A DNA stretch of 64,000 nucleotides, taken from Chlamydiales bacterium. Lineage in GTDB: Bacteria; Chlamydiota; Chlamydiia; Chlamydiales; Simkaniaceae. Both the position numbers and the translations under genes were made by a program. Below are positions 37,582 to 48,300 of the stretch, in pieces. Positions within the stretch are counted from its first letter, which is position 1; every line of letters begins with the position of its first letter. The notes under the pieces were generated by a model. It worked only from the letters and a program-made list of their open reading frames with translations, was not told the DNA's origin and ran no database searches. The stretch lies in contig JACKPO010000008.1 in the NCBI GenBank assembly GCA_024233515.1, positions 10,581 through 74,580 on the forward strand. Direction: 5' to 3'.

Positions 37582-39024
37582 TTAATTCGGGATAGGTTCA
37601 TAACCTCCGCCTAGAGACTTAATTAACATGAGTACACTGAGGTACCGATTATTTTGGATTTTGACTTCGACAAACGCTTCGTTGATCACATCGATTTGCC
37701 TCGATAAAACGGTGAGATAGTCATCAATTCCATTCTCATACCGCTTCAGGGTGAGCTCAGAAATCTCCATGACTTTCAAAAAGGCCTTGTTTTCTAGCTG
37801 CGCTTGCTCGGTCGTCTTTTCAAGGATCACGATTTGATCTGAGACCTCTTTTGCTGCTTTTAAAATGAGCGCGTTATAGTCATAGACGGCTGCGTCATAG
37901 TTGGCATATTGCTGATTGAGCGCCCCTGTTAACTCCCCTCCTGTATAGAGAGGAAGGTTAATCGCCGGAGTGATCGACCCTGCAAAGCTATCGAGGGAGA
38001 AGAGGTTATGCCAATGTAAACTTTGCAGCCCCGCAAATGCTTTAAGATTGATGTTCGGGAAAAAGGCCGCTTTTGCTGCTTTGATCAAGTGAGCCGCCGA
38101 TTCGACTTTCCAGACCTCGGCCATCAAATCTGGGCGGCGCGCTAAAAGGTTTAAAGGGAGATCTTCTGGAATGGGAAAGGGTTTCTCAAAAGCAATCGTA
38201 GGAGGATCAATCTCATAGGGATCATCGGGACCAAGTCCCATAAGAATCTTGAGCTGACTCTTTATGACTTCTACGTTTTGGGTCTTTTCTAAAAGCTTTT
38301 CCTTTGCTTCTAGCAACTGGACCTCCGCATGATCCACGGCTCGTTGATCTTCGAGTCCATTTTCGAAGCGGCGCTCCGTGAGCTCAACATAGAGTTTTTG
38401 GATATCGACGAGATCTTGGCTGATCCTTTGCTCCATTAATTGGGCGCCATAATTGATATAGGCTTCCGCAAGACTCGTGGTAATCATTAAAAGAGACTGA
38501 GACATTTCCGCAGCTTGCGCGCGGGCATCATCAAGAGCGGCTCGATACTGATTCCGATTTTTTCCAAAAAGATCGATCTCGTAATCAAAGTTAAGAGAAA
38601 GGTGAATTTCATTGATCACAGCAGGAACAACAGAGGGAGGGTAGCGAACCAACTCGTCTTTACTCAAGTGTTGGTAGTCATCTGTAAACCCTCCTTGAAG
38701 ATTGGGAAGGAGAGGAGCTCTCATTTTCTCCGCTTGAGCCTTCGCTCCCTCCACTCTTTTAACAGCTGCTAAAAGATCGGGATTCTCTTCGATCGCTTTT
38801 TCCATCATCTCGCTGAGTTGCTCATCTTCGAAGGTTGTCCACCAATGATAGGAAGGCCAATTCCCCTGTATGAACGTGGGGGTTTCAATGGAAGAAGTTA
38901 GCGGAGCCGAAGTCATTACTTCTGGCTGATAATTTCGTTTCTTTAATGCAGCGCAGCTATCGAATAAAAAAAGAAAAAAAATCGAACATAGAAATAATAA
39001 ACGATATAAAATAACGTGCTTCAT
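37582..39024 (-). CDS. Efflux outer-membrane factor lipoprotein (NodT/TolC family)
   Basis: WWTTFED..L, NPDL, YEIDLFG, LLARRPD, AAFFP and KSLGGG. Confidence 0.92.
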   Translation of the reverse strand: MKHVILYRLLFLCSIFFLFLFDSCAALKKRNYQPEVMTSAPLTSSIETPTFIQGNWPSYHWWTTFEDEQLSEMMEKAIEENPDLLAAVKRVEGAKAQAEKMRAPLLPNLQGGFTDDYQHLSKDELVRYPPSVVPAVINEIHLSLNFDYEIDLFGKNRNQYRAALDDARAQAAEMSQSLLMITTSLAEAYINYGAQLMEQRISQDLVDIQKLYVELTERRFENGLEDQRAVDHAEVQLLEAKEKLLEKTQNVEVIKSQLKILMGLGPDDPYEIDPPTIAFEKPFPIPEDLPLNLLARRPDLMAEVWKVESAAHLIKAAKAAFFPNINLKAFAGLQSLHWHNLFSLDSFAGSITPAINLPLYTGGELTGALNQQYANYDAAVYDYNALILKAAKEVSDQIVILEKTTEQAQLENKAFLKVMEISELTLKRYENGIDDYLTVLSRQIDVINEAFVEVKIQNNRYLSVLMLIKSLGGGYEPIPN

Positions 39025-39089
39025 AATTTACTAATAGAGAACCTCTCTTTTTTCTAGTATCAAAAATTTATCCATGGTTAAATAGTCCT

Positions 39090-41489
39090 ATGAACTTGCG
39101 CACGAAGCAAAACCAAAAACTTCTCAAGGCCTTCCATTTTGGAATTGAGCGAGAGTCCCTCCGTATCAATTCAAATGGAACTCTCTCTTCAAGCCGTCAC
39201 CCCAAGGCGCTTGGATCCCCTCTCACCCACCCCCATATCAGCACCGATTTTTCTGAGCAGCAGATTGAGTGGAATACGCCCTCCTTCAAGACATTTAAAG
39301 GAGCACTCAACTTTCTCGAGGATCTTATCTGCTTTTCCTTGCAGAACATGGAAGGTGAACTCCTCTGGCCTTTTTCGATGCCTTGCGCTCTAGACAAGAT
39401 TGAAATCGCAAAATTTGGGACTTCCGCCCAAGGAAAAAGGAAAGAGCTCTATCGCGAAGGGCTCAGCCACAGATATGGGAAACATCTCCAGATGATTTCG
39501 GGGATCCATTACAACTTTTCATTCGATCTCTCTTTCTGGAAGAAGTTGCATGCCGAGGAGCGTTCTACTCTAGGCCTCCAAGAGTTTATCAATGAGAAAT
39601 ATCTGGGGATTGTTCGGAATTTCCTCCGTGAAGGGTGGCTTCTGACCTACCTATTCGGTGCTTCTCCTGCGATGGATAGCTCGTACGCCTCCAAACCTCC
39701 AAAATTTAAGAAAATAGGCTCTCTCTATTACGCCCCTTACGCCACCTCCATCCGAACAAGTCATCTTGGATATTATAGTCGGGTTCAGAATCAACTTGCG
39801 ATCTCAGTCAATGATCTTTCCTCTTATCTCCAAGAGATGCAAGAGGCGCTGACAACACCCCACGAAAATTATCAAAAGATCAAAAGCCAGCTCAATCACC
39901 ACCTCTTACAAATTGCCAATGAGCACTATTCAAGGATCCGAATCAAACGCTCGCCCCTTCAGGGGGAATCGCCGATCGAAGCCTTGGAAAACCGAGGGAT
40001 CGAATACCTTGAAGTTCGCTCTATCGATCTCGACCCTTTCTCCCCTCTCGGCGTGCAGGAATCTCAGCTCAAATTTATCCACCTTTTTCTTTTGCACTGC
40101 CTTTTCAAAAAGAGCCCCAAACTTTCAAAAAAGGATCAACGGTGCTTAACCTGCAACCAAAATACCGTTGCCCTAGAAGGGAGAAAACCGGGACTTGAAC
40201 TCCTCTGCCCTCTTCCTCGCCCGATGAAACCATGGGCAGAAAAAATCTTCGATGAGATGGAACCTCTCGCTATCCTTCTTGGCTACGATGCCCTTTTTGA
40301 AAAGGAAAGGGAAAAGCTTGCAGATCCAGACAAATGTCCCTCCGCTCGCATCTTAGAAGAAGATGCAATTCTCCAAGGGATCACTCTTGCAAAGGGCTAC
40401 AAACAAACACTTTTGAGACGGAAGCTCTCTCATAAAAAAGCCTCAACCTTTGAAAAGGAAGCTGAACTTTCATGGCTTGAAAACAAACGACTGGAAACCG
40501 CTTCGGAAATTCTTACAGAAGGATATGAAACACTAGAGCTTTCCACACAAATCGTGATTAAAGAAGCGCTGAAGCGAAAGATTGAAGTTGAGGTGATTGA
40601 TCCGAGCGATCAATTAATCCGTCTTAAGAAAGGAAACCACATTGAATATGTGAAAGAAGCCACAAAAACCTCCAAAGATGGATATGTGACCCCTTTTTTA
40701 ATGGAAAATAAGGAGGTCACCAAAAAGCTCCTTCGCGAAAAAGGGTTCCTCGTCCCTGCCGGGAATTCTTATTCTCATCGACAAGAAGCCTTTAAAGATT
40801 ACCCTCTTTACGCAAAAGCAAAAGTCGTGGTCAAGCCCAAATCCACCAATTTCGGAGTCGGAATTCACTTTATCTCCCCCCATGAAAACAAACGGTATCA
40901 ACTTGCCATTGAAGATGCTTTTCATTATGGAAATTCGATCCTCGTTGAAGCCTTTGTTCTTGGAGAAGAATACCGCTTTCTTGTGATTGACCAAAAGGTC
41001 ATCGGCATCTGCAAAAGAGAGCCTGCCCATATCATCGGCGATGGAAAGAAAACCATCCAAGCCCTTGTGCATGAAAAAAATCACGACCCCTTCTACTATC
41101 GCGATCCCAAAACCTATCTTCGACTCGAGAAAGAGGAAAAGCTTCTCTTGAAAAAAGGAGGGTTTACCCCGAAAAGCATCCCAGGAAAAGGGAAAAAAGT
41201 CTTCCTCCGCGAAAATTCAAACGTCTCTACGGGTGGCGATGCCATCGACTGCACCGATCAGGTTCACAAGGGATATCATCGGATCGCTGTTCAAGCAACA
41301 CAAGCGCTGGGAGCTCATATTTGTGGGGTTGATATGATCCTCTCCCGCCCTGACAAACAGCCCACCTTAGAAAACCACTCAATTATTGAGATGAATTACA
41401 ACCCTGTCCTTTTCATCCACGCCTATCCTTATCAAGGAAAAAGGCGCGATGTAGCGGGTCCTCTTCTCGATTTACTCGGTTATTCTTGA
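39090..41489 (+). CDS. gshAB: Bifunctional glutamate-cysteine ligase / glutathione synthetase (GshF/GshAB)
   Basis: N-terminal GshA motifs FGIERESLR, TDFSE.Q.E, WPFSMP, QMISGIHYNFS and YLEVR..DLDPF. C-terminal ATP-grasp motifs ELSTQ, VVKPKSTNFG.GI, LRENSNVSTGGD and GVD..IIEMN.NP. Confidence 0.92.
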   Translation: MNLRTKQNQKLLKAFHFGIERESLRINSNGTLSSSRHPKALGSPLTHPHISTDFSEQQIEWNTPSFKTFKGALNFLEDLICFSLQNMEGELLWPFSMPCALDKIEIAKFGTSAQGKRKELYREGLSHRYGKHLQMISGIHYNFSFDLSFWKKLHAEERSTLGLQEFINEKYLGIVRNFLREGWLLTYLFGASPAMDSSYASKPPKFKKIGSLYYAPYATSIRTSHLGYYSRVQNQLAISVNDLSSYLQEMQEALTTPHENYQKIKSQLNHHLLQIANEHYSRIRIKRSPLQGESPIEALENRGIEYLEVRSIDLDPFSPLGVQESQLKFIHLFLLHCLFKKSPKLSKKDQRCLTCNQNTVALEGRKPGLELLCPLPRPMKPWAEKIFDEMEPLAILLGYDALFEKEREKLADPDKCPSARILEEDAILQGITLAKGYKQTLLRRKLSHKKASTFEKEAELSWLENKRLETASEILTEGYETLELSTQIVIKEALKRKIEVEVIDPSDQLIRLKKGNHIEYVKEATKTSKDGYVTPFLMENKEVTKKLLREKGFLVPAGNSYSHRQEAFKDYPLYAKAKVVVKPKSTNFGVGIHFISPHENKRYQLAIEDAFHYGNSILVEAFVLGEEYRFLVIDQKVIGICKREPAHIIGDGKKTIQALVHEKNHDPFYYRDPKTYLRLEKEEKLLLKKGGFTPKSIPGKGKKVFLRENSNVSTGGDAIDCTDQVHKGYHRIAVQATQALGAHICGVDMILSRPDKQPTLENHSIIEMNYNPVLFIHAYPYQGKRRDVAGPLLDLLGYS

Positions 41490-43081
41490 ATCGTTGCGTA
41501 TCGAAAGTCAATCTCTTTCATCGGAGAGATATAGACCCCTTTTAGGCGATCGTTGCAAAGATAATGAAGCTTATTGAAACAGAGAGGGATCACCGGCATT
41601 TCTTCCATCAAAAAAGCCTCTGCCTGATGAAGGTACTCTTTCCGCTTCTCTTGATCCACTTCAAAATCTGATTTCCTTAGAAGTTCCTGATAAGTGGGGT
41701 GTTCCCAACGACTCATATTGGTCGCAAGGCTCCTGTTGCGGAAGGTATCCAACATGTAGATGGGATCTCTAAGCCAAGAATTCCACCCCATCTCCCCAAA
41801 CTCATAGTCCCCTTTTGACATCCGATTGAAGTGAACAGGCCAATCAGCTTGATCGATCTCGACAACGAGTCCCAGATTTTGGAAGAGTTGTTGCTGAACA
41901 GCCTGATCTACGCGAGAGGTAAAAAGGCAAGAGCGTTGGCTTAGAACAATTGGATTGATCTGATCCAACGTTTTTCCCATCTCCTGCAAAGCCAAGGCAA
42001 GATAACGTTTCGCCTCATCAATATTCGCATCTTGGAAGTAGGGAGTCTTTGAAACCGCAATCTCCCCATTCAAAATCCCCATGGCAGGGACTTCTCCAAG
42101 CTGAAAGACATGTTCAGCGATCGTGCGGCGATCTAAAGCATAGGCAACAGCTTTGCGGAAATTCTTGTTATCAAACGGAGGCTTCTCAGTGTTCACAAAA
42201 AACCAAAAGAGACCGAAAGCATCGGTCGTTTTGAGTTCACCATTCTTCAGTGTGTTAGCAATAATATCGACGGGGAGAGGGTTAATCGGGTATCCAATAA
42301 AATCAAGCTCCCCTTTTTCAAAGAGGAGATGCTGGGTATTTGCATCGGGTAATACTTGGATATGAATCCCCTTCACCTTCACACAATCTTTCTCCCAGTA
42401 ATCTGGGTTCTTCTCCAAATAGATCTCGACCCCTTTCTTCCACTTTGCTAGTTTGAAAGGACCATTTGAGACAAAATGGTCTCCGATATCGTTGGCCCAA
42501 CCTGGATCAGCTTGGTCGATTTGTTTGTGAATCGGAGAATAGGTCCCACAGGAGCAAAGAGATAAAAAATAAGGAGCGGGGTGCTCTAATTCAACCTGTA
42601 GCGTTTGTGGATCCAAGGCTTTGATCCCCACCTCTTCAACAGGAACTTTGCGCTGCAAGCAAGCTTCGACATTTTTAATCGTATAGAAAGTAAACGACCC
42701 CGTTCTTGCAGAAAGAGGATTGACCGACTTTTTCCAGGCATATTCAAAATCATAGGCAGTCAGAGGATCCCCATTCGACCAAACCGTATCCTTTAGATGA
42801 AACGTATAGGTCCTCATGTCATCCGAAATCTCGTAAGATTCTGCAACCCCCGGCTCAATTTCCCCAGTGGGTCCCAAGCGCATCAACCCTTCATACAACA
42901 TGTTAATAATGTGAACGGTTGGGTATTCATTGGAAATGCGAGGGTCCAATGAACGGACTTGAGAGATGATGGAAAGGTGAACCGTTTGACTTTGGCTACT
43001 AGGACTTTTCTTTTTCCCTTGGCTGCAAGAGAAAAGCGTTAAGGTTAAAAGGAGAAGAACTCCGACTCCGACTTTTTTCAT
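41480..43081 (-). CDS. oppA: Oligopeptide ABC transporter substrate-binding lipoprotein
   Basis: Lipobox LFSC after the ATG at 43081; SLDPR, YEGL, WSNGDPLTAYDFEYAW, SNGPF and PVIPL. Confidence 0.9.
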   Translation of the reverse strand: MKKVGVGVLLLLTLTLFSCSQGKKKSPSSQSQTVHLSIISQVRSLDPRISNEYPTVHIINMLYEGLMRLGPTGEIEPGVAESYEISDDMRTYTFHLKDTVWSNGDPLTAYDFEYAWKKSVNPLSARTGSFTFYTIKNVEACLQRKVPVEEVGIKALDPQTLQVELEHPAPYFLSLCSCGTYSPIHKQIDQADPGWANDIGDHFVSNGPFKLAKWKKGVEIYLEKNPDYWEKDCVKVKGIHIQVLPDANTQHLLFEKGELDFIGYPINPLPVDIIANTLKNGELKTTDAFGLFWFFVNTEKPPFDNKNFRKAVAYALDRRTIAEHVFQLGEVPAMGILNGEIAVSKTPYFQDANIDEAKRYLALALQEMGKTLDQINPIVLSQRSCLFTSRVDQAVQQQLFQNLGLVVEIDQADWPVHFNRMSKGDYEFGEMGWNSWLRDPIYMLDTFRNRSLATNMSRWEHPTYQELLRKSDFEVDQEKRKEYLHQAEAFLMEEMPVIPLCFNKLHYLCNDRLKGVYISPMKEIDFRYATIQE

Positions 43082-43354
43082 GATTTTTCTTCCTACCCAT
43101 TCATAATGAAAGGTTGTTTCACAAGCATTTTCCATAGTTGTTCGATTGATGTAAAGAGGATTTCTTTTTTCTTTCCAGAGAGGGATCGGTGAGTATAGAA
43201 TGACGTTCTAGAGAAAGATAATCAGAAGTGAATGGAAAAAATTCAAAAATTTTACATTATTTTAAAAAATTTCTCGCGATTTAAAACTCAGGCTGCTAAC
43301 TTTCGTGCATTCGATCATTCAAAAATTTGGAATTCGACTGACGTGTGAGAATTT

Positions 43355-44758
43355 ATGCAGTCAAAAGTAACACGAAATATTAAGCCCCCTCCGCGGATTA
43401 CCAAACATCCGTCTGGAAGTCTCCGTGAACTTTTTTTCCTCTCTTTCCCGATGATCCTCTCGACTTTTTCTGCAAGCTTGCTTGGCTGGGCTGATCGTTA
43501 TTTCCTCTCTCTCTATGATGTAAGCGCGTGGAAAGCGGTCACTGCAGCCAGTAATATTACCTTCCCCTTTCAGGTTGTCCTTATTATGCTTGCTCTCGTC
43601 ACTCAAGGGTTTATCGGGCATTATAAAGGGGCAAGGCAACCTAAGATGATTGGCCCCTTTATTTGGCAAATGATCTATTTTTCCTTTCTCTCTATGCTGA
43701 TCACCTATCCTTTGAGCCTGATCAGTGAACATTACTTCTATGGGATTGAATCTGAATCGAATGCGCTGGTCTACCTACGCTACCTATCGATTGCCAACTT
43801 TCTCTATCCTTTAGGGGCAACCTTGGCAGCTTTTTATCTTGGGCGGGGTAAAACTAAGGTTGTCTTCACTGCAAATCTCATCATCCAAGGGTCGAATATT
43901 CTTCTGAACTACCTCCTGATCTTTGGGGTGAAATCTTTCATTCCCTCTCTTGGTGTGAAAGGAGCGGCTCTCGGAACCATCGTTTCCCAAACCCTCTACT
44001 GTCTGATTCTTTTCTCTCTTTTCCTAAAAAAGAAGTATCGTTTGGAGTTCGGAACCCATAACAGAAAGATTAACTTCCCGCTAATGTGGGAAGGGCTGCT
44101 GACAGGGATTCCCCGCGCACTTGGACGTCTGATCCTCACAGGAGCTTGGGCCTTTGCCTCTTACTTTATTATTCAGAAAGGGGGCGATTACTTTCTCGTC
44201 TACTCTTTTTATGTCACCGTCTTTGGCTTTCTTCTGTTTCTCACAGAAGGAATGGGGCAAGCTTTGGTGACCCTTACTTCCTACTCACTCGGGGCAAGCA
44301 TGGATGAGATTTTCCACAAAATCTTGAAAACTTCCCTCCAATTCATCCTCATCATTGCCCTCGTCCTCGGGATTCCTCTGTTGTTTTTCCAAGATACGAT
44401 CATTCACTTTATGATCAAAGAACCCCTAAATCCCAGCACACTTCTCCTCCTTCGGGAAACCTGTTTTTGGATTTGGATTAGCTGTATTGTCAGCGGAATC
44501 AGTCGCATCGGTGTGGGTTTCATGACGGCCGCAAGAGACACCCTCTTTTACGCTCTTTGCGTCTCCATTATCCTCATCACCTTCTGTGTCCCAACTTATG
44601 TGGGAATCACCTACTATTCCTGGTCGCCAACGAAGATCTTTATGTTTGATTCAATCAATACCCTTATCACAGGAACCATCTTCATCATCCGGTTCTTAAG
44701 ATCTCCATATCGCAAACTTAGAGCAACGCTCCCTACCGCTACAATTCCAGAAAGTTAG
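43355..44758 (+). CDS. MATE family efflux transporter
   Basis: SLRELFFLSFPMIL, DRYFL, GRGKT and NILLNYLLIFG...LGVKGAALGT; 12 TM segments. Confidence 0.9.
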   Translation: MQSKVTRNIKPPPRITKHPSGSLRELFFLSFPMILSTFSASLLGWADRYFLSLYDVSAWKAVTAASNITFPFQVVLIMLALVTQGFIGHYKGARQPKMIGPFIWQMIYFSFLSMLITYPLSLISEHYFYGIESESNALVYLRYLSIANFLYPLGATLAAFYLGRGKTKVVFTANLIIQGSNILLNYLLIFGVKSFIPSLGVKGAALGTIVSQTLYCLILFSLFLKKKYRLEFGTHNRKINFPLMWEGLLTGIPRALGRLILTGAWAFASYFIIQKGGDYFLVYSFYVTVFGFLLFLTEGMGQALVTLTSYSLGASMDEIFHKILKTSLQFILIIALVLGIPLLFFQDTIIHFMIKEPLNPSTLLLLRETCFWIWISCIVSGISRIGVGFMTAARDTLFYALCVSIILITFCVPTYVGITYYSWSPTKIFMFDSINTLITGTIFIIRFLRSPYRKLRATLPTATIPES

Positions 44759-44786
44759 ATTTTGGGTTTCCCCTTCACTCATACAT

Positions 44787-44815
44787 AAAAAAACCTCCCC
44801 CTTCCAAGGGGAGGT
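44787..44815 (-). terminator. Intrinsic terminator for the SH2-like gene
   Basis: Stem ACCTCCCC / GGGGAGGT with a 7-nt loop and an adjacent A7 run (U-tract on the minus strand). Confidence 0.75.
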
Positions 44816-44843
44816 CTAACTGTAATGCTCAAAAAAATTGAGG

Positions 44844-45203
44844 TTATAGTGGGCTACAAATACTTGCAGAGCAATTGAGGCATCCTGGAACCAGGTTATC
44901 AATTGTCTCATATCCACCACCGTTTCCACCACCATTCCAGTACATCACAACACCATTCTTTAGTGCTGAACGGACATTACGATGTTTAACTTTATGGTTG
45001 GCATCAACGTAAGTTAAGAAGTAATGGTGCTTATCCATTCCTTGAGTCAAGATATAGGTAAAGGGGCTAGAGCCTTCTAGTAAAGCTGCCGCTTCCATCA
45101 GAGAAAGTTCTCCTCTCCAAGATGGATGGTTTTCAATGCCTCTTCCCACTTGCGCAAGGGGGGTAGTGTTTCCCTTTCTTAGACTTCTTTTTGACCGAAT
45201 CAT
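44844..45203 (-). CDS. Small SH2-like domain protein
   Basis: HPSWRGELSLMEAAALLEG..PFTYILTQG...YFLTYV....VKH follows the SH2 pattern W.HG.ISR.EAE.LL...GTFLVR.S...Y.LSV....VKH. Has an AGGT RBS and its own terminator. Confidence 0.65.
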   Translation of the reverse strand: MIRSKRSLRKGNTTPLAQVGRGIENHPSWRGELSLMEAAALLEGSSPFTYILTQGMDKHHYFLTYVDANHKVKHRNVRSALKNGVVMYWNGGGNGGGYETIDNLVPGCLNCSASICSPL

Positions 45204-45305
45204 AATTTCTACCTTTTTTTAGGTTTCGGAAAAATTTGTTATTCCTTAGAAACTCAACAAAGATTTTAAAGAAGATGTGAAAATACTGCAAATCTTTTTC
45301 AAAGA

Positions 45306-48300
45306 TTATTGTTTTTTTTCAAAGTAGGCTTTTGAGAGGTCAATATTCCCATTTGAGGTGTGCTCATCAAGAACGAGATTTTTTTGTTTGAGATACCACC
45401 CTACTCCATAAAAGATTGGAATCACGACAACATCTTTAATCAAAAGCTCCTCAGCCTCTCTTAAGAAACTTGCTCGCCGCTCAGGATCAATCGTTCGATC
45501 GGACTGATCTAAAAGGCTTTGGAATTGTTCGTTCTCCCATCCAGAAAAGTTTACCTTTTCTTTTGTATACTTGAAAGACTGCAGGGTATAGAGGGGATCT
45601 TTATACCATGAACTCCAGTTGATTCCTCCCACCTGATAGTTACGCGTTGTCATCTTTTTGAAATGTTTCGACCATTCTGCCTCTTCGATGACACACTTGA
45701 CCCCCAACGTTCCTTCGAGCTGCTCTTTATAGATGATCGCACTGTTTTTATCGGTCTTAGGGATCGAAAGATAGACAATCGGGAAATCATCTAACTTCAT
45801 TCGAAGTTCATCCAAGGCTTCTAGGAAGATGTCTTGGGCCTGTTTAGGATCTTCGGGAAGAAGAAACGGACTCGTCTTACACTGGGTCAATTCATAAGGG
45901 ATTGGGGTAAAGGCTTCAATACTTCCCGCTAAATGTTGGTTAATCACCTCACGACGACAAATCGCCATTGAAAACGCTTTACGAATCTTAAGTTGATTAA
46001 ACGGAAATTCGTTGGTGTTAAAGCATAGCCAAGCAAGGTTTAGGGAAGGGTATCGGGAAATCCTTTCCTTGATCATTTTCTTAGTCTCTTTATCCCCTGT
46101 TGGGCAGAGATTCGAACAAATGATATCGAGTTGTCCATGATCAAACATATGAAGAGCTGTAGAAAGGCCAACCTGACTCAAGTTGATCTGATCGATTTTA
46201 ATCTTGTCTTGATTCCAAAATTTTGGATTCTTTTTAAACTCATAGATGTGGCTCCCTGAAGGAAGGGTGAGGCAAAAAGGGCCATTACACACGAAGTGCT
46301 CATTTTTCTGCGATGCCCAGTTCGGGTGCATTTTATCAACGCGGTGGTTGATAGGTGAATAAAGGGTATTACTTGTTAACTCAATGAAATAGGGGGCAGG
46401 ATTTTCAAGCTCAACTTTCAACGTAACATCATTAATGGCTGTAATCCCTACTTCATCAATACTGACCACCCCCTCTCTTGCTTTACGAGCATTCTTAATG
46501 GGGTAGAAGACATAGGCAAAGGGTGTTGAAAAGCTGGGGGATAAAACCTTTTTCCAAGCATATTCAAAATCATGGGCCGTGACTGGATCTCCATTCGACC
46601 AATAACTTTCTCTCAGGGTGAATGTGTAGACCTTTTTATCGTTTGATAAATCATAAGTCTTTGCAACAGCGCATGTGGGGAATCCATTATCGTCAATGCG
46701 AACGAGACCATCAAAGAGGAGTTTCACAAGAGCACTCGATTCTTGGTCTCCCCCAATTCTAGGATCTAGTGAAACAATCGTCGTATAAGGAGCTCTCAGG
46801 ACTTGAAGCTGCTCTTTCTGTTTTTTCCATTTTTCAAGAGCCGTTAACAGGGTTCTCTTGAGTTTTTCATGTTTCTCTTCACTCATTTCCTCATAGATAA
46901 AACTAAAATAGTGATATCCCTCAAAGGTTAACATGGAAGAAATCAGTGAGCGCTCTTGGACCTGGAATTCTGAAAGGGCCTCTTCAATGAGAGGCTGAAA
47001 ATCAGCGGTATTTGAGCGGATAACCGCGACTGTAATATGTTGATTCTTCTCAAGTTCAAGCTGGAACGCCTTATCTTTCGAATGCTCTTGCTCCGTGACT
47101 TTTAAGAAGATTTCAAAAAAGTAGCTTAGAGACCGCAAAGAGATTGTGGCTTGAGATTCAATGGGGTTCAGGGAATAGAAAAAGTTCTCGAGGAGTTCTA
47201 GATTCCGCATAGAGATATCTTGGAACAGACGCTTGAACTGACTGAGAAGCTCTCCTTGCTTCACCATCATTCCCCCGTTGTAGTCGCGGATATCTCCTAG
47301 ATGTTTTGTTAAAAAACTGACAATTTCATCCCGCGCGATATAGAGGTTCACCGAAAAGTCCATTCTAAGGAAGGAGGGAAGCTTAGCAATCTGCAAGCGG
47401 AAAACATTGGCCTCGATAGGAAAGGTATTATGGGCAAAGTTCACACTTTGCACGCGCTCTAAAATAAAGCGAATACGGGGATCTTGGTTCTTTAAGAGCT
47501 CTTGGAGGGAAGGCATCCCCTCCCTCTTGATCCTAAGGAGGACTACCGTGAAAACAAGATCGTCCTGAGAGTGTTGATCAAAGTTAATCATCATCTGAGG
47601 AAGATCTTCGTCCATCTTCAATTCTCTGGAGAGGATTAAGATGTTGCGCATCGTCTCTTCTTCATTGCGGACCATGAAAAGGGAGGGAACAAGGTGCTCG
47701 ATCCGTTTTTTTAGCTCTCCTTCCAGGTTATCCCTTAGGGTTTTCTTTTCCTCGAGAGTTAAAGGGCTCCCATCATTTTTTTCGATCTCAACATAGAGGG
47801 TATGAATCGGGTCATTGATAAGAGCGGAGCGGTAGGTGGACCCTGCAACAATCCGCATGTTGGGATAGAACTTTAGAATCGCTTGAAGAACATGTTTTTC
47901 GTTAAAAATCTCATATTGATGAAAGAGATTGAGGCCTATCGAAAGACCAAGGACGGGCTTTCGACCAAAGGGAAAGGAGAGTTCTGTCGCCATGAAGCGG
48001 ATTTTCATATGCCTTTTTTCTGGGAAGGCATTGATCTCCCTTTTCAACTGCCTTCTTAAGAGGATGAAGGTCAGAATAATCTTCCCAAGGTGGATATACG
48101 ATCTCTCTTCGCGGAATTCTTTGCTGGCGTAGGCTTGCATAAAGGCCAGTCGCTCAAAGAGTGTTTCATCAAGATCGTCGGGAAAGCGATGGAGAAGCTT
48201 GATAAACGACTCTCTAATGAGGTTCATTTTATGGTCGAGCGGGAGGATCTTTGTTTCTAATAAAACCGGGGCATAACGTCGGGCAGAAAGGGCTGAAATG

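Noticed and set aside
45259-45297. AAAGATTT / AAATCTTT inverted repeat upstream of the SH2-like gene
   Set aside because: It is only 8 bp in AT-rich DNA and cannot be distinguished from chance.
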